Shown: piece after piece, positions 55,956-64,000 of the stretch | Position numbering within the stretch: the first letter of the stretch is position 1 | Layout: each line of letters starts with the position of its first letter | Assembly: GCA_964495555.1 (NCBI GenBank) | Contig: CAZBWA010000002.1 | Coordinates: 11,516-75,515, forward strand | Direction: 5' to 3' | DNA length: 64,000 bases | Source: an uncultured Bifidobacteriaceae bacterium | GTDB lineage: Bacteria > Actinomycetota > Actinomycetes > S36-B12 | The notes under the pieces: model-generated | Told to the model about the DNA's origin: nothing | Seen by the model: the letters and a program-made list of their open reading frames with translations, nothing else | Database searches by the model: none | Made by a program: the position numbers and the translations under genes

Positions 55956-56509
55956 GCGCCCCCCTCGTCGTCGTCTCCGGACCCTCGGGTGTGGGCAAGT
56001 CCACTGTGGTCGCCGAGGCGCTGCGCCAGAACCCGAATCTGTGGCTCTCGGTGTCGGCGACGACGCGCGCGCCACGACCGGGTGAGATCGACGGTCGGCA
56101 CTACCACTTCGTCACCGACGCGGAGTTCGATCGCATGGTCGAGTCCGACGAGTTGCTGGAGTGGGCGCGGTACGCGGGGCACCGTTACGGGACGCCGCGT
56201 GAGGGAGTCCGGCGTCACCGCGCCGAGGGGCGCCCGGTGATCCTCGAGATCGAGGTCCAGGGTGCGCGTCAGGTGCGGGCGACCGTCCCCGATGCCCTCC
56301 TGGTCTTCATCGAGCCGCCCTCGATGGCTGTCCTCGAGGAGAGGTTGACCGCCCGGGGGACTGAGTCCGAGGCCGATCGGGAGCGCCGCCTCACGGTGGC
56401 TCGCGAGGAGATGGCCGAGGCGGCGGCGTTCGATCATCGCCTCGTGAACGATGACGTGGCCGCGTGCGCGCGTGCCCTGCTCGCCTTGGTAGACTCCTGG
56501 TCCCCGTGA
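55952..56509 (+). CDS. gmk: guanylate kinase
   Basis: The ATG at 55952 overlaps the pyrF stop (ATGA). P-loop [10 protein letters not shown] and TTRAPRPGE are present. Confidence 0.93.
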   Translation: MSAPLVVVSGPSGVGKSTVVAEALRQNPNLWLSVSATTRAPRPGEIDGRHYHFVTDAEFDRMVESDELLEWARYAGHRYGTPREGVRRHRAEGRPVILEIEVQGARQVRATVPDALLVFIEPPSMAVLEERLTARGTESEADRERRLTVAREEMAEAAAFDHRLVNDDVAACARALLALVDSWSP

Positions 56510-56537
56510 GGGAATCCCCCTGCAGATTGAAGGACCC

Positions 56538-56831
56538 GTGAGCAGCACGCAGCCCGAGGGCATCACCTACCCGTCGATCGATGGGCTCCTGGAGAAGACG
56601 GACTCCAAGTACTCGCTCGTGATCTACGCAGCGAAGCGCGCCCGTCAGATCAACGCGTACTACTCCCAGCTGAGTGAGGGATTGCTCGAATACGTGGGGC
56701 CGCTCGTGGAGACCTACGTCCAGGAGAAGCCGCTGTCGATCGCCATGCGCGAGATCGATGCCGGGCTGCTCACCTCCGAGCCCTTCGATCCGCTCGCACC
56801 GGCCCCCGTGGCCGCCGAAAGCGACGACTAG
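56538..56831 (+). CDS. rpoZ: DNA-directed RNA polymerase subunit omega
   Basis: 97-aa ORF with the pattern [16 protein letters not shown]. Conserved gmk-rpoZ adjacency. Confidence 0.9.
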   Translation: MSSTQPEGITYPSIDGLLEKTDSKYSLVIYAAKRARQINAYYSQLSEGLLEYVGPLVETYVQEKPLSIAMREIDAGLLTSEPFDPLAPAPVAAESDD

Positions 56832-56841
56832 ACCCCTCGCC

Positions 56842-58080
56842 ATGTCGGCCCACATCGCGGTCGGTGTCTCCGGCGGCATCGCCGCCTACAAGTCCGTCGA
56901 GTTGATCCGACTGCTCCGTGAGGCTGGCCACCGCGTCACGGTGCTCCCGACGCGCAATGCGCTGAAGTTCGTCGGCGCCGCCACGTTCGAGGCGATCTCG
57001 GGGGAGCCGGTCGTCACATCGCTGTGGTCCTCGGCTGCCGAGGTGCCGCATGTGCGCATCGGACACAGCGTCGACCTCGTGATCGTCGCTCCTGCGACCG
57101 CGGACCTGCTCGCACGTGCTGCGCATGGCATCGCCGACGATGTCGTGACCAATGTTCTGCTCACCGCACACGCCCCCGTGGTCCTCGCCCCTGCGATGCA
57201 TACCGAGATGTGGCAGCACCCGGCCACGCAAGCGAACGTGGCCACGTTGCGGGACCGCGGTATCCAGGTCCTGGACCCCGCGGTCGGCCGACTCACTGGC
57301 GAGGACTCCGGGCCCGGACGTCTGCCCGAGCCGGCCTATCTCGCGGACGTCGCGACGGACATGCTCGAGGCGCGGTACCCGCGCGACATGGTCGGCATGC
57401 GGGTCGTGGTGAGCATGGGGGGCACGCGCGAGGACTGGGACCCAGTGCGCTACCTGGGCAATAGGAGCAGTGGGAAACAGGGTGCGGCGCTCGTGCGTGC
57501 AGCGCTGCTGCGCGGCGCCCACGTCACGGCCGTAGTGGGGAACGTCGAGTGCACCGTCCCACCGGCGCAGCTGCGCGTGGACGTGGACTCTGCCGCCGCG
57601 ATGCACAAGGCGATGGCCCAGGCGGTCTTCGAGCCGGACGCGCACGTCGATGCCGTCGTCATGGCTGCGGCGGTCGCCGACTTCACGCCCGCCGAGGTCA
57701 GTCCCGGCAAAGTCAAGAAGGATGGTGAGCCCCCGAGGCTCACGCTCTCGGAGACCGACGACATCCTGGCCGCGCTGGTTGCCACCCGGGGTGCCCGCGC
57801 GGTGCCGATCCTGGTGGGGTTCGCGGCGGAGACCGCCGGGGATGTCGAGACCTTGCGGTCCCTGGCCCTGCAGAAGATCGCGCGGAAGGGATGCGATCTG
57901 ATCGTCGCCAACGACGTCTCCGATGGCGCCACCTTCGGATCCGAGACCAATGCGGCACTGATCGTGTCTGGGACGCAAGTGGTGGATGAGATTCCCCTGG
58001 CCCGTAAGTCGGTCCTGGCCCATCGCGTCTGGGATCAGGTCCTGCGCGCCCGCGATTCCCAGGGGGTCTCCGCGGGCTAG
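56842..58080 (+). CDS. coaBC: bifunctional phosphopantothenoylcysteine decarboxylase / phosphopantothenate--cysteine ligase
   Basis: ATG at 56842 (MSAHIAVGVSGGIAAYK). Flavoprotein domain followed by a CoaB domain (RYLGNRSSGKQG). Confidence 0.93.
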   Translation: MSAHIAVGVSGGIAAYKSVELIRLLREAGHRVTVLPTRNALKFVGAATFEAISGEPVVTSLWSSAAEVPHVRIGHSVDLVIVAPATADLLARAAHGIADDVVTNVLLTAHAPVVLAPAMHTEMWQHPATQANVATLRDRGIQVLDPAVGRLTGEDSGPGRLPEPAYLADVATDMLEARYPRDMVGMRVVVSMGGTREDWDPVRYLGNRSSGKQGAALVRAALLRGAHVTAVVGNVECTVPPAQLRVDVDSAAAMHKAMAQAVFEPDAHVDAVVMAAAVADFTPAEVSPGKVKKDGEPPRLTLSETDDILAALVATRGARAVPILVGFAAETAGDVETLRSLALQKIARKGCDLIVANDVSDGATFGSETNAALIVSGTQVVDEIPLARKSVLAHRVWDQVLRARDSQGVSAG

Positions 58081-58116
58081 GATCCTTCGGACCATCACAG
58101 CATCCCAGGGGAGTCC

Positions 58117-59367
58117 ATGGCGCACCGCTTGTTCACGTCCGAATCCGTTACCGAGGGCCATCCGGACAAGATGGCGGATCAGATCAGCGACGCGATCCTC
58201 GACGACCTCCTCCGCCAGGATCCGCGCAGTCGCGTGGCCGTGGAGACGATGCTGACCACGGGCCAGGTGCACGTGGCCGGCGAGGTCACCACGGATGGTT
58301 TCGCCGACGTCATGAAACTCGTGCGGGACACCGTCCTGGAGATCGGGTACGACTCCTCCACCAAGGGATTCGACGGTGAGTCGTGTGGTATCTCGGTCTC
58401 CATCGGCAAGCAGTCACCGGACATCGCGCAGGGCGTCGATGACGCGCTGGAGGAGCGGGAAGGCAACAGCACCGATCCGCTGGACCGTCAGGGCGCCGGC
58501 GACCAGGGCCTGATGTTCGGGTACGCCTGCCGCGACACCGTGGACCTGATGCCGCTCCCAATCTCCCTCGCCCACCGGTTGTCCGAGCAGTTGACGGCGG
58601 TGCGCAAGGACGGCACCGTTCCCTACCTCCGTCCCGACGGCAAGACCCAGGTCACCATCGCCTACGACGAGACGGGCACGCCCCTGCGCATCGACACCGT
58701 CGTGGTGAGCTCGCAGCACGCGCGGGACATCAGCCTCGAGAACATGCTCACCCCGGATGTGCGCAAGCACGTCGTCGATCCGATCCTCGAGACGGTCGAC
58801 CTCGATACCCGCGATTACCGGCTGTTGGTCAACCCCACGGGACGATTCGAGGTCGGCGGACCCATGGGCGATGCCGGACTCACCGGGCGCAAGATCATCG
58901 TCGACACCTACGGCGGCATGGCTCGCCACGGCGGTGGTGCCTTCTCCGGCAAGGACCCCTCGAAGGTCGATCGCTCCGCGGCGTATGCGCTGCGTTGGGT
59001 CGCCAAGAACGTCGTGGCCGCAGGATTGGCCTCGCGGTGCGAGGTGCAGGCTGCCTACGCGATCGGCAAGGCGCACCCGGTCGGGGTCTTCGTCGAGACG
59101 TTCGGCACCGGGGTCATCAGCGATGAGGCGATCCAGGAGGCGGTTCTTCGCGTCTTCGATCTGCGCCCTGCCGCGATCATCCGGGACCTGGACCTCCTGC
59201 GTCCGATCTACCGGGCCACCAGCGCCTACGGCCACTTCGGTCGTCCGCAGGGCGTCAACGTCCTCCTCGACAACGATGATCCGGCGCAGCGCTCCACCGT
59301 CGGACCGACGTTCACCTGGGAGAACACCGATCGTGCGGAGGATCTCCGCTCGGTCGCCGGCGTCTAG
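58117..59367 (+). CDS. metK: S-adenosylmethionine synthase
   Basis: 416-aa ORF with motifs [25 protein letters not shown] and [16 protein letters not shown]. Confidence 0.97.
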   Translation: MAHRLFTSESVTEGHPDKMADQISDAILDDLLRQDPRSRVAVETMLTTGQVHVAGEVTTDGFADVMKLVRDTVLEIGYDSSTKGFDGESCGISVSIGKQSPDIAQGVDDALEEREGNSTDPLDRQGAGDQGLMFGYACRDTVDLMPLPISLAHRLSEQLTAVRKDGTVPYLRPDGKTQVTIAYDETGTPLRIDTVVVSSQHARDISLENMLTPDVRKHVVDPILETVDLDTRDYRLLVNPTGRFEVGGPMGDAGLTGRKIIVDTYGGMARHGGGAFSGKDPSKVDRSAAYALRWVAKNVVAAGLASRCEVQAAYAIGKAHPVGVFVETFGTGVISDEAIQEAVLRVFDLRPAAIIRDLDLLRPIYRATSAYGHFGRPQGVNVLLDNDDPAQRSTVGPTFTWENTDRAEDLRSVAGV

Positions 59368-59391
59368 TCCCACGACCCGAGGGCGGTCGAG

Positions 59392-61260
59392 ATGAGCCAG
59401 CCCATCGCGCGGGTGCGGATCGATGTGCCCGTGCGGCACCTCGATCGCGATTTCGATTACCTCATCCCCGACGGGATGGCGGTGGAGGTCGGGTCCCGGG
59501 TGCGTGTGCGCTTCTCCGGTCGGCTCGTGGATGGGTACGTGGTCGACCGGGCCGCGGAGGCCGAGGTCGCTCGCGTCGCACCGATCCAACGCCTCGTCGG
59601 TGACGTGCCGACCCTGACCCCGGACACCCTGCGCCTGGTCCAGGCTGTGGCCGACAGGTACGCGGGCACTTTCTGGGATGTCGCGCGGACCGCCGTGCCT
59701 CCGCGTCACGCCAAGGCCGAGCGCGAGACGGCGACGACCCCGAGGGCGCATATGCCCGTGGACATCCCGTCCCAGGCGTGGACGGCCTATCGCGGTGGAA
59801 CCGAGCTGGTGGATGCGGTGCGTTCGGGATCGACGGTGCGCGCGATCTGGTCGAGTGCGCCGGGGAGCGACGTCGTCGACGAGATCACCGAACTCGTGGC
59901 GGCCAATCGCGCAGGCACGCTCGTGCTCGTCCCGGACATGCGGGATGTCACGCGAATCGCGACGAGGTTGCAGGCGGTGCTCGGCGCGGAGTCCGTGTCG
60001 ACGTTGGTGAACGAGATGGGCCCGCAACGTCGCTACCGGGAGTTCTTGCGCACACTGCACGGTTCGGCACGGGTATGTGTCGGTAATCGGTCGGCGTCAT
60101 TCGCGCCGGTGCTGGACCTGTCCCTTGTCGTCCTGTGGGACGACGCCGAGGACACCTATTGCGAGCCTCGTGCCCCGTACTGGGACACGCGCGAGGTGTG
60201 TGCACTCCGCTCGCACATGGAGGACTGTTCGCTGGTGGTCGGTGGGCCGGCGCGCTCCGTGGTCACGCAGGCCTGGGTCGAACGCGGCTGGGCGACATCG
60301 ATCGACGCCGGCGCGAAGACCACACTCCGCGTCCGCGGGCTGCGCCCGGAAGACGCCGCGGGAGACGTGGCCTCGGGGACCGCGCGCATCCCACGACGGG
60401 CCTGGGAGACGGCCAAAGAGGGTCTGGAGCGTGGTCCGATCCTGGTGTCGGTCGCGCGGCGCGGATACATCCCCGCCGTGCACTGTCAGGGATGCGGGGC
60501 ACCGGCGCGATGTGCCTGTGGGGGTCCGCTCCGGCTGCACGCAGGCGGCCGGTTGGACTGTCGGTGGTGCGGTGCGGTCGCCGCACGCACGGCCTGTCCG
60601 GCGTGCGGGGACACCCGGATCCGTGCGGGGAGCATCGGCGCCGAGCGCACGGCGGAGGAGTTGGGTCGGGCCTTTCCCGGAATCCCGGTGTCGTTCTCCC
60701 AGGCGGACCACATGATCGAACGCGTCGAGGCACGCCCGACGATCGTCGTGGCCACCGCGGGCGCCGAGCCGATCGCCGAGGGTGGCTTCGCCGCAGTCAT
60801 CGTCCTCGATGCCACGAGCCACTCCATCCGGCTCACCCACGCCGAGGACGCGGTCCATCGGTGGTTCACCGCCGCAGTGCGGGCCGCGCCGGATGCCGGG
60901 GTCTTCGTCACTGCGCCGGAGTCCGATCCCGGGGTGCAGGCCCTGCTGCGGTGGGATGCCCCGTGGTTCGCCGCACGCGAACTGGCCGAACGGGAGGAGG
61001 CACGGCTGCCTCCGGCGACCCGTCTCGCGGTGGTCTCGGGCGCGCGCGCAGACATCGAAGCGGTGGTCGCCGGACTCACGTGCACGCACATCGCCCTGGG
61101 TCCCGTGGAACATGACGAGGGGTGGCGGGTGATCCTCATCGCCCCACGCGCGGAAGGGACCGCGTTCACCACGCAGATCCGCCAGGCCGCGATGGTCCGC
61201 TCCGCGCATCGCGGTGCCGGGCCTATCGCGATCCACGTCGACCCGCGCGACATCGACTGA
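59392..61260 (+). CDS. priA: primosomal protein N' (PriA) with degenerate ATPase motifs
   Basis: 622-aa ORF with a 3'-DNA-binding-like N-terminus (RVRVRFSGRLVDGYVV) and a Cys-rich zinc region (CQGCG...CACGG...CRWCG...CPACG). It sits in the metK-priA-def-fmt neighbourhood. Confidence 0.85.
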   Translation: MSQPIARVRIDVPVRHLDRDFDYLIPDGMAVEVGSRVRVRFSGRLVDGYVVDRAAEAEVARVAPIQRLVGDVPTLTPDTLRLVQAVADRYAGTFWDVARTAVPPRHAKAERETATTPRAHMPVDIPSQAWTAYRGGTELVDAVRSGSTVRAIWSSAPGSDVVDEITELVAANRAGTLVLVPDMRDVTRIATRLQAVLGAESVSTLVNEMGPQRRYREFLRTLHGSARVCVGNRSASFAPVLDLSLVVLWDDAEDTYCEPRAPYWDTREVCALRSHMEDCSLVVGGPARSVVTQAWVERGWATSIDAGAKTTLRVRGLRPEDAAGDVASGTARIPRRAWETAKEGLERGPILVSVARRGYIPAVHCQGCGAPARCACGGPLRLHAGGRLDCRWCGAVAARTACPACGDTRIRAGSIGAERTAEELGRAFPGIPVSFSQADHMIERVEARPTIVVATAGAEPIAEGGFAAVIVLDATSHSIRLTHAEDAVHRWFTAAVRAAPDAGVFVTAPESDPGVQALLRWDAPWFAARELAEREEARLPPATRLAVVSGARADIEAVVAGLTCTHIALGPVEHDEGWRVILIAPRAEGTAFTTQIRQAAMVRSAHRGAGPIAIHVDPRDID

Positions 61261-61289
61261 CCGAACTCCGGGCACCGTAGGGTTGATCC

Positions 61290-61835
61290 ATGTCGATCAA
61301 GCCGATCCGTCTGTTCGGCGATCCCGTCCTGCGCACGCCCGCCGCCGAGGTGGTGGATTTCGATCGGGAGCTGCGCACCCTCGTGAAGGATCTGACCGAC
61401 ACCATGCAGGACGCCCCCGGCGTGGGTCTCGCAGCCCCGCAGATAGGCGTCTCCCTGCGGGTCTTCACCTATTGGGTGGATGACGAACTCGGTCATCTCG
61501 TGAATCCGAGCCTCGACCTCTCCAGCGACGAGCAGGACGGAGAAGAGGGGTGCCTGTCGATCCCCGGCCTCTCCTTCGACACCCCGCGTGCGCGCTCGGT
61601 CGTGGCGCGTGGGTTCGACATGCACGGGGAGCCGGTAGTGCTGGAGGGATCGGACCTGCTGGCGCGGTGCGTGCAGCACGAGACCGACCATCTGGACGGC
61701 ATCGTCTTCATCGACCGCCTCGATCCGGAGATGCGCAAGGAGGCCATGCGGGCGATCCGCGCCTCGGAATGGTTCGGCGAGGATCCTCTGACGGTGAAGG
61801 CCAGCCCGCACCCCATGTCCGCCAAGTGGCTGTAG
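61290..61835 (+). CDS. def: peptide deformylase
   Basis: 181-aa ORF with all three motifs: GVGLAAPQIG, EGCLSIPG and HETDHLDG. Confidence 0.93.
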   Translation: MSIKPIRLFGDPVLRTPAAEVVDFDRELRTLVKDLTDTMQDAPGVGLAAPQIGVSLRVFTYWVDDELGHLVNPSLDLSSDEQDGEEGCLSIPGLSFDTPRARSVVARGFDMHGEPVVLEGSDLLARCVQHETDHLDGIVFIDRLDPEMRKEAMRAIRASEWFGEDPLTVKASPHPMSAKWL

Positions 61836-61839
61836 GCCT

Positions 61840-62757
61840 GTGCGCATCGTCTTCGCGGGTACGCCGGATGTCGCACTCCCGACACTCGACGCACTACTCG
61901 ACTCCGAGCACGACGTCACCGCAGTCCTGACGCGCCCGGATGCGCCCGCGGGACGTGGCCGGCGACTCCTGCCCTCCGCCGTCGCCGAGCACGCCCGGAC
62001 ACGCGGGCTCCCCGTGCTCACCCCGGCGTCCCTGCGTGACGAGGAAGCACGCGCGAGTCTCGCGGCGCTCGATGCCGACCTGGGGGTGGTCGTGGCCTAC
62101 GGAGCCCTCATCCCGCCCGCCGTGCTCGGCATCCCACGGCACGGGTGGGTGAACCTGCACTTCTCCCTGCTTCCCGCCTGGCGCGGGGCCGCGCCGGTCC
62201 AACATGCGATCTGGCACGGTGATTCCGAGACGGGTGTCAGCGTCTTCCTCCTCGAGGAGGGCCTGGACACCGGACCGGTGTTCGCCCAGCGGCGTCACAC
62301 CCTGGACCCCACGCAGACCTCCGGTGACGTTCTTTCGGAACTCGCCGTGGTCGGCGCCTCCGTCGTGATGGAGGTCGTGTCGGGGATCGCGCAGGGCACC
62401 GCGAGGGCCGTACCCCAGTCCTCCGAGGGTGTGAGCGTGGCCCCTCGCATCACGGTCGACCAGGCGCGCATCCATTGGCATGCACCGTCCACGTTGATCG
62501 ATCGCCAGGTGCGGGCGTGCACTCCGCAGCCAGGCGCCTGGACCACGGTGGACGGCGTGCGCGTGCGCATCGGGCCGGTGACCCCGCGCACCGAGCCGCT
62601 GCCCGCCGGCGTGATCCGCCCCCACGGAGACGAGATCCGAGTCGGCACGGGGGATGGCCACGTCACGCTCGGCTGGGTGCAGCCCGCGGGACGTGCGCGG
62701 ATGGCGAGTGCCGACTGGTGGCGAGGACTGCGTGTCAGCGAGGCCGCGTGTGACTGA
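61840..62757 (+). CDS. fmt: methionyl-tRNA formyltransferase
   Basis: 305-aa ORF with N-terminus MRIVFAGTPD and motif HFSLLPAWRGAAPVQ. Confidence 0.93.
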   Translation: MRIVFAGTPDVALPTLDALLDSEHDVTAVLTRPDAPAGRGRRLLPSAVAEHARTRGLPVLTPASLRDEEARASLAALDADLGVVVAYGALIPPAVLGIPRHGWVNLHFSLLPAWRGAAPVQHAIWHGDSETGVSVFLLEEGLDTGPVFAQRRHTLDPTQTSGDVLSELAVVGASVVMEVVSGIAQGTARAVPQSSEGVSVAPRITVDQARIHWHAPSTLIDRQVRACTPQPGAWTTVDGVRVRIGPVTPRTEPLPAGVIRPHGDEIRVGTGDGHVTLGWVQPAGRARMASADWWRGLRVSEAACD

Positions 62758-64000
62758 CCGTGCGCGGACGGCTGCCCGCGAGCTGCTGACCCGGGTCCGA
62801 ACAGATGACGCCTACGCGAACGTGGCGATGCCGGGCATCCTCGCGGCCCATGGATGCGAGGGACGTGACGCTGCCTTCGCCATCGAGTTGGGGTACGGGA
62901 CCCTCCGCATGCAGGGCTTCCTCGATGCCGTGCTGCAACGGTGCATCAGTCGTCCCTGGGATCGCGTCGAGTTCGAGGTACGCGATCTGCTGCGCCTCGG
63001 GGCCTACCAATTGCTCTTCATGCGCGTCCCGGCGCATGCGGCGATCGACACCACGTGTGAGGCGGCGCGGGGAGTAGGTGATGCGGGCCGGGTGGGCTTC
63101 ATCAACGCGGTCCTCCGTCGGGTGTCCGAGCGCGATCGTGATGCGTGGGTCGTCGAGCTCGGACTCGACGACCCGACCACCGACGAGCAGTGGGCGGTGC
63201 GGGAGTCGCATCCCGCCTGGGTCGTGCGCGAACTGCGACGTGCCCTGGGGAACGACTCCGACGTCGGTGCCCTGCTGGCAGCGGACAATGCGGCGACCCG
63301 CCCCACACTGGCGACCCTCACCGGGGATCGCGAGGGGCTCGCGGTCGAGACGGGCGGGGAGCCCGGGCGATGGTCACCGCGGGCGGTGGTCCTCACGGGA
63401 GGTGCGCCGGGGAACGTGAGTGCCGTGGCCGAGGGATCGGCGATCGTGCAGGACGAGGGAAGCCAACTCGTTGCCCTTGCCCTCGCCGCGGCGCACGTGG
63501 ACCCGCCTGAGTCGGCGTGGTTGGACCTATGTGCGGGGCCGGGTGGCAAGGCCGCGTTGCTCGCGCGCATCGCGGCCGAGGAGCATGTCGGACTTGTTGC
63601 GGTGGAACTCCATGAGCATCGCGCCTCCCTGATGCGTCGCCTCCTGCCGGAGTCGGTCACCGTGCACGTCGCCGATGCGCGCTCCCGTCCCTGGGGCAAT
63701 CAGTTCTTCGATCGCGTCCTCCTCGATGCCCCCTGCACGGGACTCGGTGCGCTGCGCCGCAGACCCGAAGCGCGGTGGCGCCGGGCGGAGACCGATATCC
63801 GTGAGCTGCAGGCCCTGCAGATTTCGTTGCTCGACGTCGCCGTCAGTGCGACGCGATCCGGTGGGGTGGTCGGGTACGCGACCTGTTCCCCGGTGCTGGA
63901 GGAGACCCGTGATGTCGTCGAGGAGATCGTGGAGCGTCGCGCGGATGTCGTGCTCGAGGATGCGCGGCCACTCTTCCCGCAGGGGATGGAACTCGGTGAG
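62750..64000 (+). CDS. rsmB: 16S rRNA (cytosine967-C5)-methyltransferase RsmB/Sun (3'-partial, runs off the window)
   Basis: Absent from the ORF track because no stop lies inside the window. Frame 2 is open from the GTG at 62750 to 64000. NusB-like N-terminus, VQDEGSQL, SAM motif DLCAGPGGK and catalytic DAPCTGLGALRRRPE are present. Conserved fmt-rsmB adjacency. Confidence 0.85.
   Translation, partial: MTDRARTAARELLTRVRTDDAYANVAMPGILAAHGCEGRDAAFAIELGYGTLRMQGFLDAVLQRCISRPWDRVEFEVRDLLRLGAYQLLFMRVPAHAAIDTTCEAARGVGDAGRVGFINAVLRRVSERDRDAWVVELGLDDPTTDEQWAVRESHPAWVVRELRRALGNDSDVGALLAADNAATRPTLATLTGDREGLAVETGGEPGRWSPRAVVLTGGAPGNVSAVAEGSAIVQDEGSQLVALALAAAHVDPPESAWLDLCAGPGGKAALLARIAAEEHVGLVAVELHEHRASLMRRLLPESVTVHVADARSRPWGNQFFDRVLLDAPCTGLGALRRRPEARWRRAETDIRELQALQISLLDVAVSATRSGGVVGYATCSPVLEETRDVVEEIVERRADVVLEDARPLFPQGMELGE

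Overview
High-GC actinobacterial chromosomal core segment. It is almost wholly coding and nearly all on the + strand. Gene order: the distal dcw division/cell-wall cluster (murE 5'-partial, murF, mraY, murD, ftsW, murG, murC, ftsQ, ftsZ, pgeF, yggS, sepF, yggT, short DivIVA-domain gene); convergent ileS; a DksA/TraR zinc-finger protein with an N-terminal histone-H1-like AKKAAP repeat; lspA; an rluD-like gene; dnaE; a small gpx / membrane protein / ybaK / Lon-N block; a his operon (hisD-C-B-H-A-F-I) that overlaps directly into trpE; an inserted block of small membrane proteins plus an OmpR-type regulator/histidine kinase pair; trpC-B-A; a membrane-anchored DsbA-like oxidoreductase; gltBD; pyk; the pyr operon (PyrR-binding loop, pyrR, pyrB, pyrC, carA, carB, pyrK, pyrD, pyrF); then gmk, rpoZ, coaBC, metK, priA, def, fmt and the 5' part of rsmB (runs off the window). 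I found no rRNA, tRNA, CRISPR array, transposase, integrase, phage gene or recognisable defence/toxin system. Intergenic space is minimal, so there is no obvious room for a hidden gene island. This is mostly an ordinary, conserved housekeeping region. The items I consider most worth a second look are: (1) a C-terminal extension on PyrD whose last 11 residues closely copy the FtsZ C-terminal docking peptide; (2) the H1-repeat/DksA fusion protein and its near-perfect 18/36-bp tandem repeats; (3) the two-component/DUF2752/small-membrane-protein module wedged inside the trp operon; (4) a PriA with both ATPase motifs degenerate; (5) a recurrent TANNNT-N6/7-start-codon pattern suggesting several leaderless genes. 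All functional calls come from motif and family recognition by eye. No searches were run.
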